Origin: Planctomycetota bacterium
GTDB taxonomy: Bacteria; Planctomycetota; Planctomycetia; Planctomycetales; Planctomycetaceae
NCBI GenBank assembly: GCA_031429275.1
Contig: JANOZG010000143.1
Coordinates: 1 to 49,773 of the forward strand
Length of the DNA stretch: 49,773 nt
Direction: 5' to 3'
In this document: one piece after another, positions 25,667-34,742 of the stretch
Layout of the letters: each line of letters starts with the position of its first letter
Numbering within the stretch: position 1 is the stretch's first letter
The notes under the pieces: model-generated
The model's input: only the letters and a program-made list of their open reading frames with translations
The model's database searches: none
What the model was told of the DNA's origin: nothing
Position numbers and translations under genes: made by a program

Positions 25667-26443
25667 TTATTCGCACATCCACCATCGGCGTTGGAAGACG
25701 CCTTTTTGCAGACCGAACCGCCTCTTCGCAAGATCACTGACGATCGTGGCGATTTCTTCAGCAGAATCACTGACGTGGAATCGATCGATGTCAACATCGC
25801 TGATTGTGCCGCCTTTTGCCATCGTTTCACGCAACCAGTCGAGCATCGGATTCCAGAATTCCGAACCAGCCAGAACGATTGGAAAATCTTCCACTTTGCC
25901 AGTCTGAACGAGCGTTGCAATTTCGAATAACTCATCCAGCGTTCCGAAGCCACCGGGCATCGCAACAAATGCGTAAGAGTATTTTGCCAGCATGAGTTTG
26001 CGGACAAAGAAGTATTCGAAATCCACGAACTTATCAAGATACGGATTAGGCTCCTGTTCCATCGGCAGAATAATATTGCAGCCCACGCTGTGTCCGCCTA
26101 CCTCTTTTGCGCCGCGGTTGGCGGCTTCCATGATGCCGGGACCACCGCCAGTCATGACGGTAAAACCCGCCAAAGCCAGTTGCTCTCCCACCCTCCTGGC
26201 AAACTCGTAGTGCGGGTGCGTTTCCGGGAATCGAGCCGATCCAAACACCGTGACACAAGGTCCGACGAAGTGCAGTTGTCGAAATCCGGAAATGAGTTCT
26301 CGAAACGCCTTCAGCGACATCATCAGCTCGCGAAATCGCGATTGAGGTCCGTTCAGGAATTTTTCGTCCGACACACGTTTGGGATTTGTGCGCGAAGGAT
26401 GTTTCAGACTTGGGGCCGAGGCGACGGGATTCGTTGCGTCCAT
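25667..26443 (-). CDS. LOG-family (TIGR00730) Rossmann-fold nucleotide-binding protein
   Basis: 258 aa. Motifs include VTVFGSARF, GGGPGIMEAANRGA and PGGFGTLDELFE. Confidence 0.9.
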   Translation of the reverse strand: MDATNPVASAPSLKHPSRTNPKRVSDEKFLNGPQSRFRELMMSLKAFRELISGFRQLHFVGPCVTVFGSARFPETHPHYEFARRVGEQLALAGFTVMTGGGPGIMEAANRGAKEVGGHSVGCNIILPMEQEPNPYLDKFVDFEYFFVRKLMLAKYSYAFVAMPGGFGTLDELFEIATLVQTGKVEDFPIVLAGSEFWNPMLDWLRETMAKGGTISDVDIDRFHVSDSAEEIATIVSDLAKRRFGLQKGVFQRRWWMCE

Positions 26444-26520
26444 GATTTTGATTCAATCCTCTATTCTCAGCGCAGGAGAAAGCCCGACGTGGATGCGCCG
26501 GGCTTTGCAGAACTATCGAA

Positions 26521-27696
26521 TTAAAGTTGTTTGATGCGTCGGCAGATTGCTTCCGCCATTTGCTGAGTTCCAACGGCGGTTGGGTCGTTACGATCAGCTT
26601 TCATGTCGTAAGTGACATCTTTGCCTTCAGCGATGATTTCCGAAACGGCTTGTTCCAGCTTTGCCGCGGCTTTCGCTTCACCAAGGTGTTCGAGCATCAG
26701 CTTGGCAGACAGAATCAACGCGGTTGGATTGACCTTGTTCTGGCCCTTGTACTTCGGAGCGCTGCCGTGAGTGGCTTCGAAGATCGCTCCATCGACGCCA
26801 ATGTTTGCTCCCGGAGCCACACCCAGACCACCGACGAGGCCCGCACAAAGATCGCTCAGGATATCGCCGTACAAGTTGCCCATGACGAGCACGTCATACT
26901 GTTCCGGTTTCTGAACCAACTGCATGCACATATTGTCGATCAGGCGTTCCATGTATGTGATGCCGCTGGCGTCAAGTTTGCCAGAATTTGCATTTGGAGA
27001 TGGTGGAACGTTCTTAGCAAGGTCTGCCCATTCGTGCTTCGCCTTGTACGAATTCGCGACGGCGCGCGTGACGTCGTACCATAGCCCGTCGGTAAACTTC
27101 ATGATGTTGGCTTTGGAGATTGAAGTCACGGATTTGCGTTTGTTTTCAACGGCATACTTGAACGCATAGTCAGCGATGCGAGTTGTGCCTTCAACGGACA
27201 TCGGCTTGATACTGATGCCGGTTGATTTTGGGTCAGTGGAAATCTTCTTTCCGGTCGCGACTGCATTGATCTGTGCAATCAGTTGCTCCGTGACGGGTTC
27301 ACCAGCCTTGAACTCGACCCCTGCATAGAGGTCTTCTGTGTTTTCGCGGACGATCACAAGATCGACATTGCAGGCATCAAAGAATGTCCGTACGCCCTTG
27401 TATGTTTTGCATGGTCGCACGCAGGCGTAAAGGCCGAGTTCCTGTCGCAGATACACGTTGACACTGCGAAAACCTTTTCCGATCGGCGTTGTGATCGGTG
27501 CTTTCAGAGCAACGCCGTTGGCTCGAATCGATTCCAGAACGCTTGCCGGAACGCCACCTTTGGCTTCAATGACTTCAATCCCGCATTCCTGAACGTCCCA
27601 CTCGATCTTAACGCCTGTTGCTTCGACGCATTTTCGTGTGGCTTCTGCGATCTCCGGACCAACACCGTCACCTGGAAGTAGAGTTACCTTATGCAT
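26521..27696 (-). CDS. icd: Isocitrate dehydrogenase (isocitrate/isopropylmalate dehydrogenase family)
   Basis: 391 aa. Motifs include [32 protein letters not shown] (ICDH-type RS..N motif), [12 protein letters not shown] and [11 protein letters not shown]. Confidence 0.8.
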   Translation of the reverse strand: MHKVTLLPGDGVGPEIAEATRKCVEATGVKIEWDVQECGIEVIEAKGGVPASVLESIRANGVALKAPITTPIGKGFRSVNVYLRQELGLYACVRPCKTYKGVRTFFDACNVDLVIVRENTEDLYAGVEFKAGEPVTEQLIAQINAVATGKKISTDPKSTGISIKPMSVEGTTRIADYAFKYAVENKRKSVTSISKANIMKFTDGLWYDVTRAVANSYKAKHEWADLAKNVPPSPNANSGKLDASGITYMERLIDNMCMQLVQKPEQYDVLVMGNLYGDILSDLCAGLVGGLGVAPGANIGVDGAIFEATHGSAPKYKGQNKVNPTALILSAKLMLEHLGEAKAAAKLEQAVSEIIAEGKDVTYDMKADRNDPTAVGTQQMAEAICRRIKQL

Positions 27697-27730
27697 TGCG
27701 TTTCTTCGTTTCTCTTGTGGACATTGCGGG

Positions 27731-27817
27731 GTCCGAAAAGGGGTCTGACCCTCTCCGGAAAGACGAAAACATCAGCACAATTGACTTGCCTGCAAAGGGT
27801 CAGACCCCTTTTCGGAC
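27731..27817. repeat. Perfect 22-bp inverted repeat separated by 43 nt, in the icd / dinB-like divergent intergenic region
   Basis: GTCCGAAAAGGGGTCTGACCCT (27731-27752) is the exact reverse complement of AGGGTCAGACCCCTTTTCGGAC (27796-27817). The spacer contains TTGACT at 27781-27786. Confidence 0.8.
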
Positions 27818-27966
27818 ATCCTTTACCGCGAGACGTTATCACAAGAGTCCGATGCCTTCAACCACCGCCGCATAGCTTGTGCTGAGTGAGATTGAAGCTA
27901 GGATTGGCGGTAATCTTCGTCACACGCCAGGAATCCCGCATCATTCCGTAAATATAGAGACAAACC

Positions 27967-28473
27967 ATGACCTCATCTCGACTGGAACTGGCAATCGGCC
28001 AGATTCAATTTGCTCGTGAATACACTCATTCGCTGATCTCCGATCTGGAGCCTGCGGGTTGGTTTCGACAGCCATCGGAAGGCGCTTCGCACCTTGCCTG
28101 GCAGATTGGTCATTTAGCGATGGCACAGTATGGGTTGTGTTTGTTTCGCATGCGGGGTCGCGCTGACGTGGATCTGGAATTGATGTCGTCTTCGTTTCGG
28201 AAGAAGTTCAGCAAGGGGACGACTCCGGATCCCGATCCCGCAAAGAATCCGTCCCCCGAAGAAATTCGCGGAGTGTTCGATCGTGTGTACCAGCAGGCGA
28301 TGCTGGAACTTCCCACATTCAGTGACAGCATTCTTGATGAGCCGGTCGAGATGCCGTACGCAGCAATCGCCACAAAGTTTGGTGGACTACTGTTTTGTTC
28401 CCACCATGAAATGCTGCACGCTGGCCAGATCGGATTACTGCGAAGGCTGCTGGGGAAGGTGCCTGTGCGGTAA
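27967..28473 (+). CDS. DinB-superfamily (DinB_2-like) metal-binding protein
   Basis: 168 aa. It shows a four-helix pattern with conserved His residues (LAWQIGHLAM, HHEMLHAGQI). Confidence 0.75.
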   Translation: MTSSRLELAIGQIQFAREYTHSLISDLEPAGWFRQPSEGASHLAWQIGHLAMAQYGLCLFRMRGRADVDLELMSSSFRKKFSKGTTPDPDPAKNPSPEEIRGVFDRVYQQAMLELPTFSDSILDEPVEMPYAAIATKFGGLLFCSHHEMLHAGQIGLLRRLLGKVPVR

Positions 28474-28509
28474 TCACGCTGTGAAGTGTTTTGACATCAT
28501 GCGTTTTAT

Positions 28510-28582
28510 GTTTAACCCGTGGCCGAATGGCCACGGTTGTGTGCAACAGGCCACGGCCTGGCCTTTCGGCCACGGGTTAAAC
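28510..28582. repeat. Compound palindrome between convergent genes, a probable bidirectional terminator or REP-like element
   Basis: GTTTAACCCGTGGCCGAA (28510-28527) is the exact reverse complement of TTCGGCCACGGGTTAAAC (28565-28582). The interior carries one CCGTGG and three CCACGG copies, plus nested GGCC hairpins. Confidence 0.7.
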
Positions 28583-28614
28583 AATGAGTCAATATCCAGC
28601 CACCGACGATCCGC

Positions 28615-30201
28615 TCACGGCATTCGAAACGGTTTCAGTTCATCAAACCACAGATCGTCGTTAGGCACGTCCATTCGAAGTTCCTGAAAGACACCGTGAT
28701 TGTCCGGCACGAATTGAATTGTGCCTTCTGCGAACCATGCGAACTCCTTTCGCCAGTGAATGACCCACGTGTCGAATTGCATGTGGGTGAGATCGGCGAC
28801 CAGTTCGGCGTTCGGTAATAGTCGCAGTACCAGCTTCTCGTCTTCCGCCGAAACAGTGACGTCGCCGTAGAGTGGACACCGATACGTCCCGGCATACGAC
28901 ATCAATTCGTGGCTGGGCGAAGTGCCTTCTGACTTTGGTGTTGTGGTCTCTTTGATGCGATCATAGAAAGCCGTGCGATTTTTGCGATCCTGCTCCAGCC
29001 CGGGATTCAGCCAGTCCTTCTTTTCGCCGCCCAGGAACTCATCAACGATCGTATTCGCAAGAGCCGTTGAAATTCCTGTCATGCTGTTAGTCAAAACAAC
29101 CACGCCAAGATTCTCTTCCGGCACCATCATCACCTGAGAATACATGCCATCATATCCGCCACCGTGAGAAACAGTCTTGCGGCCCTTGAAGTCGGACAGC
29201 ATCCAGCCCAGCCCGTACGCTTTGAAATGAGTCGAATTAACTCGCTTTTGAGCCGCCGCATTGAACGGCAGGACCGTCTGCAGCGACCACATCTTATGTG
29301 ATGATGCTTCAGAGAACAGACGGTGCCGATCGTCAATCTTTCCATGATCAAGCTGAACCCGCAGCCATTTCGCCATGTCATTCGCACTGGAGATGATGCC
29401 ACCTGCTGCCGCCATGGTGTCCCAGTTGTACCACGGAATCGGCGTGACTTTTTCCAGCGTTGGTTTGTGAGGGCTTGCAAAATTGCCGAGCGATTCAAGG
29501 GTCGTGATTGACGTCACGGTGCGTGTCATCCCGACGGGTTTCAGAATGCGTTCCTGCATAAACTCAGGCCACGGCTTACCACTGGCTTCGCGAATCACTT
29601 CGCCAGCGGCCAGAAACATCAGGTTCGAATAGCCATAGGTCGCTCTGAACCGTCCTTTGGCGGGCAAGTGTCTTGTACGACGCAGTACTTCTTCCGGTGA
29701 ATACGGCGTGCCCCACCACAACAGGTCTCCGCTGAAAGTCCCGAGACCGCTGCGATGACACAGCAAGTCGTCTATACGAAGTTCAGACGACACGTAGGGA
29801 TCGTACATTTGAAGCCATGGCAAATGCTGTTGCACATGATCTTCCCAGTGCAGCTTTCCTTCTTCTTCCAGCATGGCGATGGCCGCTGCAGTAAAGGCTT
29901 TTGTATTGGACGCAATGGCAAACAATGTATCACCATCAACAGTCTCCGGCTTGCCAAGTTCTCGAACACCAAATCCCTCCGCCAGGACGACCTGACCGTC
30001 TTTGACGATGGCCACACACAGCCCCGGTACGTTCCATTCTGTGCGAGCCTGTTCGATGATGCCCTTGAGCTGCGACAGATCCGATGTTGGTGCCGCATAT
30101 TTTGCGATCAAATGCTCGGTCACTTCCTGAGCAGAAGCGTATCCACACGTGAACAGTGTCAGATACAGACACAGCAAACTGACCGCAATTCGATTGGTCA
30201 T
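28615..30201 (-). CDS. Serine hydrolase (class C beta-lactamase/PBP family) with a C-terminal beta domain (DUF3471-like)
   Basis: 528 aa with a signal peptide. It has an SxxK motif (ASNTKAF), YSN, and an HGG triad-like motif. Confidence 0.85.
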   Translation of the reverse strand: MTNRIAVSLLCLYLTLFTCGYASAQEVTEHLIAKYAAPTSDLSQLKGIIEQARTEWNVPGLCVAIVKDGQVVLAEGFGVRELGKPETVDGDTLFAIASNTKAFTAAAIAMLEEEGKLHWEDHVQQHLPWLQMYDPYVSSELRIDDLLCHRSGLGTFSGDLLWWGTPYSPEEVLRRTRHLPAKGRFRATYGYSNLMFLAAGEVIREASGKPWPEFMQERILKPVGMTRTVTSITTLESLGNFASPHKPTLEKVTPIPWYNWDTMAAAGGIISSANDMAKWLRVQLDHGKIDDRHRLFSEASSHKMWSLQTVLPFNAAAQKRVNSTHFKAYGLGWMLSDFKGRKTVSHGGGYDGMYSQVMMVPEENLGVVVLTNSMTGISTALANTIVDEFLGGEKKDWLNPGLEQDRKNRTAFYDRIKETTTPKSEGTSPSHELMSYAGTYRCPLYGDVTVSAEDEKLVLRLLPNAELVADLTHMQFDTWVIHWRKEFAWFAEGTIQFVPDNHGVFQELRMDVPNDDLWFDELKPFRMP

Positions 30202-30285
30202 GTGAGTTCAATCCTGCGTAGAAAGGCCGGTGCGATATTTTGATTCGCAAATGGCTGAAGGATTCTGCAAGTCACCGTGAACGCA

Positions 30286-30349
30286 GGACGGGGCTCCTGT
30301 CCCGTCCACGAACATCCAAAAAATCAGGACGGGACTGGAGTCCCGTCCT
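30286..30349. repeat. Two adjacent REP-like palindromes. The second is the same element as the one at 42426-42453.
   Basis: An imperfect copy, GGACGGGGC-TCCT-GTCCCGTCC, lies at 30286-30307. A perfect copy, AGGACGGGACT-GG-AGTCCCGTCCT, lies at 30326-30349. Both sit just downstream of the DUF1851 gene. Confidence 0.8.
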
Positions 30350-30366
30350 ACGAGATACTTGGATCC

Positions 30367-30858
30367 TCAAACGGACGATTCCAGATCCGGGATGTCGATT
30401 TCAAGCTCCGTGCCATCGGGCAGGCCGTCGAGTTGAGCGTGAATCTGACCACAGTATCGCCAGTAGTCAGCCACTGATACGACAAGGATATTGGGGACGT
30501 CGAATTCACCGTCCAGGACAGGCAGCGTTTTGAAACCATAGCACTGGCCGCGACCAAGCGTTTTTCCGGCAGCCACGGCCGCATCGGTCAAGGACATCAG
30601 GAACCAGTCATCGGCATCGTTGGAATCTTCGAGGACTTCGAGAAACTCTTCTTCGCATGATGCAACTTCTGTCAGTTCGCCGTCGCTGATGTTGAGCCAG
30701 TTTACAGCGCCAAGTTCATCGACAAAAAACAGATCACCGAAGCGATTCATCAGCCATGGAGCGACTTCCATTTCGTCTTCCAGCAGCCATTCCCACGAAC
30801 CAAGCAGTTCTTTCCAGTCGAATCCGGCATGGTCAATCAAATAGTCTTCGGTATCCAT
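30367..30858 (-). CDS. DUF1851 / Tdi1-like (T6SS immunity C-terminal domain-like) acidic protein
   Basis: 163 aa. The pattern NRFGDLFFVDELGAVNWLNISDGELTEVASCEEEFLEVL...GQCYGFKTLPVLDGEF matches my recollection of the DUF1851 consensus (GnGD...ECYGFvPaLaLGG). Confidence 0.55.
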   Translation of the reverse strand: MDTEDYLIDHAGFDWKELLGSWEWLLEDEMEVAPWLMNRFGDLFFVDELGAVNWLNISDGELTEVASCEEEFLEVLEDSNDADDWFLMSLTDAAVAAGKTLGRGQCYGFKTLPVLDGEFDVPNILVVSVADYWRYCGQIHAQLDGLPDGTELEIDIPDLESSV

Positions 30859-30911
30859 GAGCGATGTGTTCCCTGATATTGAAAGTTCTCGTCAGGAACG
30901 CATCATAGGTG

Positions 30912-33900
30912 TTACTGGATTCCCAGCAAGTAGCTCAGATTCGTTGGTGAAGGTGGTCCAAAGCGTGGTTCCAGCGAAACGCCAAAGCCTACGTTGCTCT
31001 TGCTGAAGTCCAGACCAACCCCCATGTGTAGAATCCAGTCAAGGCCGACTCTTGACACAGTGACCGACGTGCCTCGGGCTTCACCCGCTGCAACATCGTA
31101 TGCACATGAGGCCGTCGAAATCCACTTCGGGCTCATCTGGTAACTGTAACTGCCGATCAATGTCTGGCTGTCCAGATAGTTGGTCGCTTTGACCTGGCGA
31201 TATCCCAGATATACGCTGCCTCGCAGACTTCGTTGGCTGAGAACCCCAACACTCCACAGATTCTGGGCATTCTCGAACAAATCCCAATTGGCATCGGCTA
31301 GTACGCTGGTGCGGTCGCTGAGGTTCCAGCGGTAGTGATTAAACAGCAGGCCGAAATCCTGGCCAAAGTTATCGCGGTCGGATTTTGGAAAATATGCGGC
31401 TCCGTTTTCCAATATCATCCAGTCGCGAATTCGCGGTGCGTTGGTCGGTCCAACCTTCGTCTGCAGGCGATTACGAAAACTCAGTCGCAGCACTTGAAAG
31501 TTGTCCGCAACTTCGTGATACGGAGCACTTGTCCACAGGCCCGCGCCATTTCTTAATGCGTAGTTGCGAGGATTAAATTCTGCCGGAACCACGCCGGGAA
31601 AGACCTGCGTGGTATATCGAGCTCTGAATCGTTCTTGCGCGTTGTCATCAATCTCGTTGTATTGAGCAATCTGGTTCAAGTCCTGTGACGATTGAGTATA
31701 CGCGTATTCCAGAAGAGTGTCGTGCTTATGGGCCAGTCCATTCAGATTAAGAATATCGCTGCGGACAAACGGGAACACACGCGTCGCTGTAAGTCTCGCT
31801 CTGACGCCAGTATTCATCAGATAGCGATTGACGCTGTCGTTGGTGCCGCCTGGATGCCATGTCGCATCCGGAGTGAATCCTTGCTGCCAGTAAGCAGCTT
31901 CACCCATGACGAACGGTTCCAGATTGATGGGTCCGACCATCACTGGTGCTGTCAATTCATGCCGAGTCATCGCGACAAGACCAGATCCGTTGGTATTGTA
32001 CGTCATCCCCAACGGTGTATACGGATCATTCATATCGGTAGGCGGCTGAAGCTGTTGGGAATCCGCATAGCCCGCGCTGGTATGGCTACTCCAATAGAGC
32101 AGTCCATTAAACAGCGGCTGCGAAAAGCTGTACAAATCTGCTCGCGGCAGCCAGTCGGTAGTCGCTTCGAATCCAGTGAGATCAGCACGGCCCCACAGCA
32201 TGGCAGAGTATGCGCCCAAGTCCTGGCGAACTCCCAGTACCGTTTCGACATCTTTTTCAGTATCAAAGCGGATTTCGTTGTACTGCTCCAGATAGTTGCG
32301 ATCCGACAAGTAGCCGATTTCACCAAAGACCAGCGCATCGCCCGGAAGATTCTGACGATGGCGGTAAGTGATTTCTCCACGATTGCTGCTTTCCGGCACC
32401 AGATTGCGACGGTCCAGCCCGAGGTTATCGTTGCCGCTGTCGTATTGATACATGCCAATACCTTTGCCCTGATAGGAGCCAAGGTTATTTGTCCCGCTGT
32501 AATCGACTGCCGTGCCAACGCCGGGACCGCGTTTGGACATATAGTTGGCCAGGAGATCCCATTCCATACCGGGCATCTTGGGAAGCCCAAACAGCCGATT
32601 CATATTCCAGACTGTTTTCACTTGCACGCCAAAAATGCTGTCGCTGGTGACGACAGCTCTGCGAAGCGGAATTCCGGGGTCTTCTGCCGGGCCGCTGATC
32701 TTGGGTAGGAAGAACACCGGTGTGTCACCAACGACAAACTTATTGTTGTGACTCGTCACCCACGTTGATTGTTTCATCACCGGTTGACCAGTAAACGGAT
32801 CGGTGCCGGAAAACAAACCAGGGCCCGGCGCTACAAAGATATCGCTCGCTTCGATGCGATAACCGGGTTCGCCGTACGGACTTGTCGTGGCCCATGCGTT
32901 TTGAGCATGAAAACGATCCCGACTGAGCATTCGCATGCGCTTTGCTCGCAATCGAAAATCACTCCCTGTCGTCGGCAGGAAGGCCCGCAGTTCGGCATTC
33001 AGCATCAGTGCGCGGTCCGAGTTGGCGTCGAAGAAAGCGTGAGTCGCATGGATGACATTTTTGTTCTGTCGAATGACGATGTTGCCTTCCAGGTAGACTT
33101 GCAACTTCGATTCTTTCGGCTGCATGACCTGACCACCAGCTTCCAGGGCCGGACCTTCACCGGCCTGTGTCCAGACAACAACGCGATCCGCAGACAAATC
33201 GACCACACCCGGAGAGATTTCCTCACTTCCAAACGGCACGTTATCCAGACCCTCGACAAGAACATTGACGCCACCCGATATGATGAGCACTTGTTCGGCA
33301 GGCACTGTTTCGTTCGATTCAAATGAATCAAACTGCAACGAATCGCTCGATCGTCGCCGAATCTGAACGCGTCGCGTTGAACTATTGCCATTCGATTGTG
33401 TGGCTGGCAGCGGAACCGTGAATGAATCCTGCGGCAGCTGCAGACTTACTGTCGCAACTTCTCCATCAGCACCGGGATACAGACGATTTACAGCCTTGCG
33501 GAGCAGTGGATTATCCTTGCTGCCAGGTATTGACTCTTTGACATCGAACTGAGGTGCCTGCAGTGATTCCAGACGAACGGCTTTGAACGCATGGTCTCGA
33601 TGACCTGCGTGAGAATCGATGGCGACCTCTTCTCCGTACACGCCAGCTTCAAATCCGGAATCGGTGCGAGAAATAAACACGGCCAGATTCGTGCCGGAAA
33701 GTTTGAAGTTGCCCTGCGTCAACGTCGCACGACCCACGATCAGGTGTACTTGTCCTTCTTCGGACGCAAATGTCTCTTCGTACTTGCCACTGATCAGAAT
33801 AGGTTGCTGAATATCTTCCGTCACAAGTTCTACTGATGCGGCCATCATGTCTGCGTTCTGTGCATGCGCATCGCGACCGCTGACGAACAACAACGTTGTC

Positions 33901-33944
33901 GCAAGAGTGATGGCAAGGACAGACAGAACGGAGCGATGAATCAT
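30912..33944 (-). CDS. Large outer-membrane beta-barrel protein, LptD/OstA-like
   Basis: 1010 aa with a signal peptide (AHAQ). The N-terminal segment is OstA-like (ADRVVVWTQ...LQVYLEGNIVIRQNKNVIHATHAFFDANSDRALMLNAEL). The C-terminal roughly 600 aa is rich in alternating aromatic/Gly beta-strand patterns. Confidence 0.5.
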   Translation of the reverse strand: MIHRSVLSVLAITLATTLLFVSGRDAHAQNADMMAASVELVTEDIQQPILISGKYEETFASEEGQVHLIVGRATLTQGNFKLSGTNLAVFISRTDSGFEAGVYGEEVAIDSHAGHRDHAFKAVRLESLQAPQFDVKESIPGSKDNPLLRKAVNRLYPGADGEVATVSLQLPQDSFTVPLPATQSNGNSSTRRVQIRRRSSDSLQFDSFESNETVPAEQVLIISGGVNVLVEGLDNVPFGSEEISPGVVDLSADRVVVWTQAGEGPALEAGGQVMQPKESKLQVYLEGNIVIRQNKNVIHATHAFFDANSDRALMLNAELRAFLPTTGSDFRLRAKRMRMLSRDRFHAQNAWATTSPYGEPGYRIEASDIFVAPGPGLFSGTDPFTGQPVMKQSTWVTSHNNKFVVGDTPVFFLPKISGPAEDPGIPLRRAVVTSDSIFGVQVKTVWNMNRLFGLPKMPGMEWDLLANYMSKRGPGVGTAVDYSGTNNLGSYQGKGIGMYQYDSGNDNLGLDRRNLVPESSNRGEITYRHRQNLPGDALVFGEIGYLSDRNYLEQYNEIRFDTEKDVETVLGVRQDLGAYSAMLWGRADLTGFEATTDWLPRADLYSFSQPLFNGLLYWSSHTSAGYADSQQLQPPTDMNDPYTPLGMTYNTNGSGLVAMTRHELTAPVMVGPINLEPFVMGEAAYWQQGFTPDATWHPGGTNDSVNRYLMNTGVRARLTATRVFPFVRSDILNLNGLAHKHDTLLEYAYTQSSQDLNQIAQYNEIDDNAQERFRARYTTQVFPGVVPAEFNPRNYALRNGAGLWTSAPYHEVADNFQVLRLSFRNRLQTKVGPTNAPRIRDWMILENGAAYFPKSDRDNFGQDFGLLFNHYRWNLSDRTSVLADANWDLFENAQNLWSVGVLSQRSLRGSVYLGYRQVKATNYLDSQTLIGSYSYQMSPKWISTASCAYDVAAGEARGTSVTVSRVGLDWILHMGVGLDFSKSNVGFGVSLEPRFGPPSPTNLSYLLGIQ

Positions 33945-34353
33945 TCAGTCGCCGTTAGTGTCGCGTTCAAGACGGTGGGCTCTGGAAAGCAGACGAAGAG
34001 ACCGGGCAGAACGGATCAGGTGATCCGGAATTCCGGGGTGAGAGGGGGAAGGACGTTTAAACGAGTGAGAGGAATGTCTGGAATGTCTGGAACGGGGATC
34101 GAGGATCGATGCGAAAGGTCATGTTCAGAAATCAACTCAGGAACAGATTTGCCATCCTGGCGTGTCGATTCGAGAGTGATGCACGGCACCGAACTATACG
34201 GCGGGCAGCGAAAGCGGGTCAAGATCGTCCGAATCTGCTTTGTGGATCGTAAGTCGTTATCTGAAAGCAATTTACAAAAGGGCTGCCTGTCAGGAATTGC
34301 AATTTGGCGGGCAATTCCCAAAAGATTGCTGACCAAAGTGATATTGACATGAA

Positions 34354-34698
34354 TTACAGTCGATGGGCCAGCAGTAGCCGCAGGCTGTGGATCACGACGC
34401 AACCAACCACAATCGTGCCACCCCACAACAGCATTCTGGCAACCATTGGCTTTTGGCGACCGACAATTTCTGCAATCACGACCACGATCAAGGTCATGAT
34501 GAGTTTGTATCCCGCCATTCCGCGAAAGCCCCAATGACCGATAAACCATTGCGCCACCGGATTGCTCTCCACGATCGGAGCGCGCGTCATGCCGTTATTG
34601 CTATGATGCAACACCAGAAACGTCATAGCCACGTCTAAAGCGCTGGCCAGAATAAACCAGCTCAACTCTGTTTCAAACAGCAGCCCACGACGTTTCAT
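34354..34698 (-). CDS. Small polytopic membrane protein (DUF5658-like)
   Basis: The track ORF runs to 34731. An ATG at 34698 gives MKRRGLLFETELSWFILASALDVAMTFLVL. The protein has 3-4 TM helices and an ESNP motif. Confidence 0.6.
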   Translation of the reverse strand: MKRRGLLFETELSWFILASALDVAMTFLVLHHSNNGMTRAPIVESNPVAQWFIGHWGFRGMAGYKLIMTLIVVVIAEIVGRQKPMVARMLLWGGTIVVGCVVIHSLRLLLAHRL

Positions 34699-34742
34699 GT
34701 GATACCCGATTCGACTTTGAGACCCGCACAATATTCGGGACC

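Noticed and set aside
26046-26573. 175-aa minus-strand ORF overlapping the LOG-family gene
   Set aside because: It is an alternative frame of a gene with unambiguous LOG motifs, and its translation is Arg-rich.
31692-32708. 338-aa plus-strand ORF
   Set aside because: It is antisense within the LptD-like gene, and its translation is not protein-like.
33864-34549. 162-aa plus-strand and 177-aa minus-strand ORFs in the 410-nt gap upstream of the LptD-like gene
   Set aside because: The two ORFs overlap each other, and the minus-strand one also overlaps the DUF5658-like gene. Their translations are Arg/Ser/Cys-rich. The region is more likely promoter and 5'-UTR. It contains a short direct repeat, GGAATGTCT x2, which I could not interpret.
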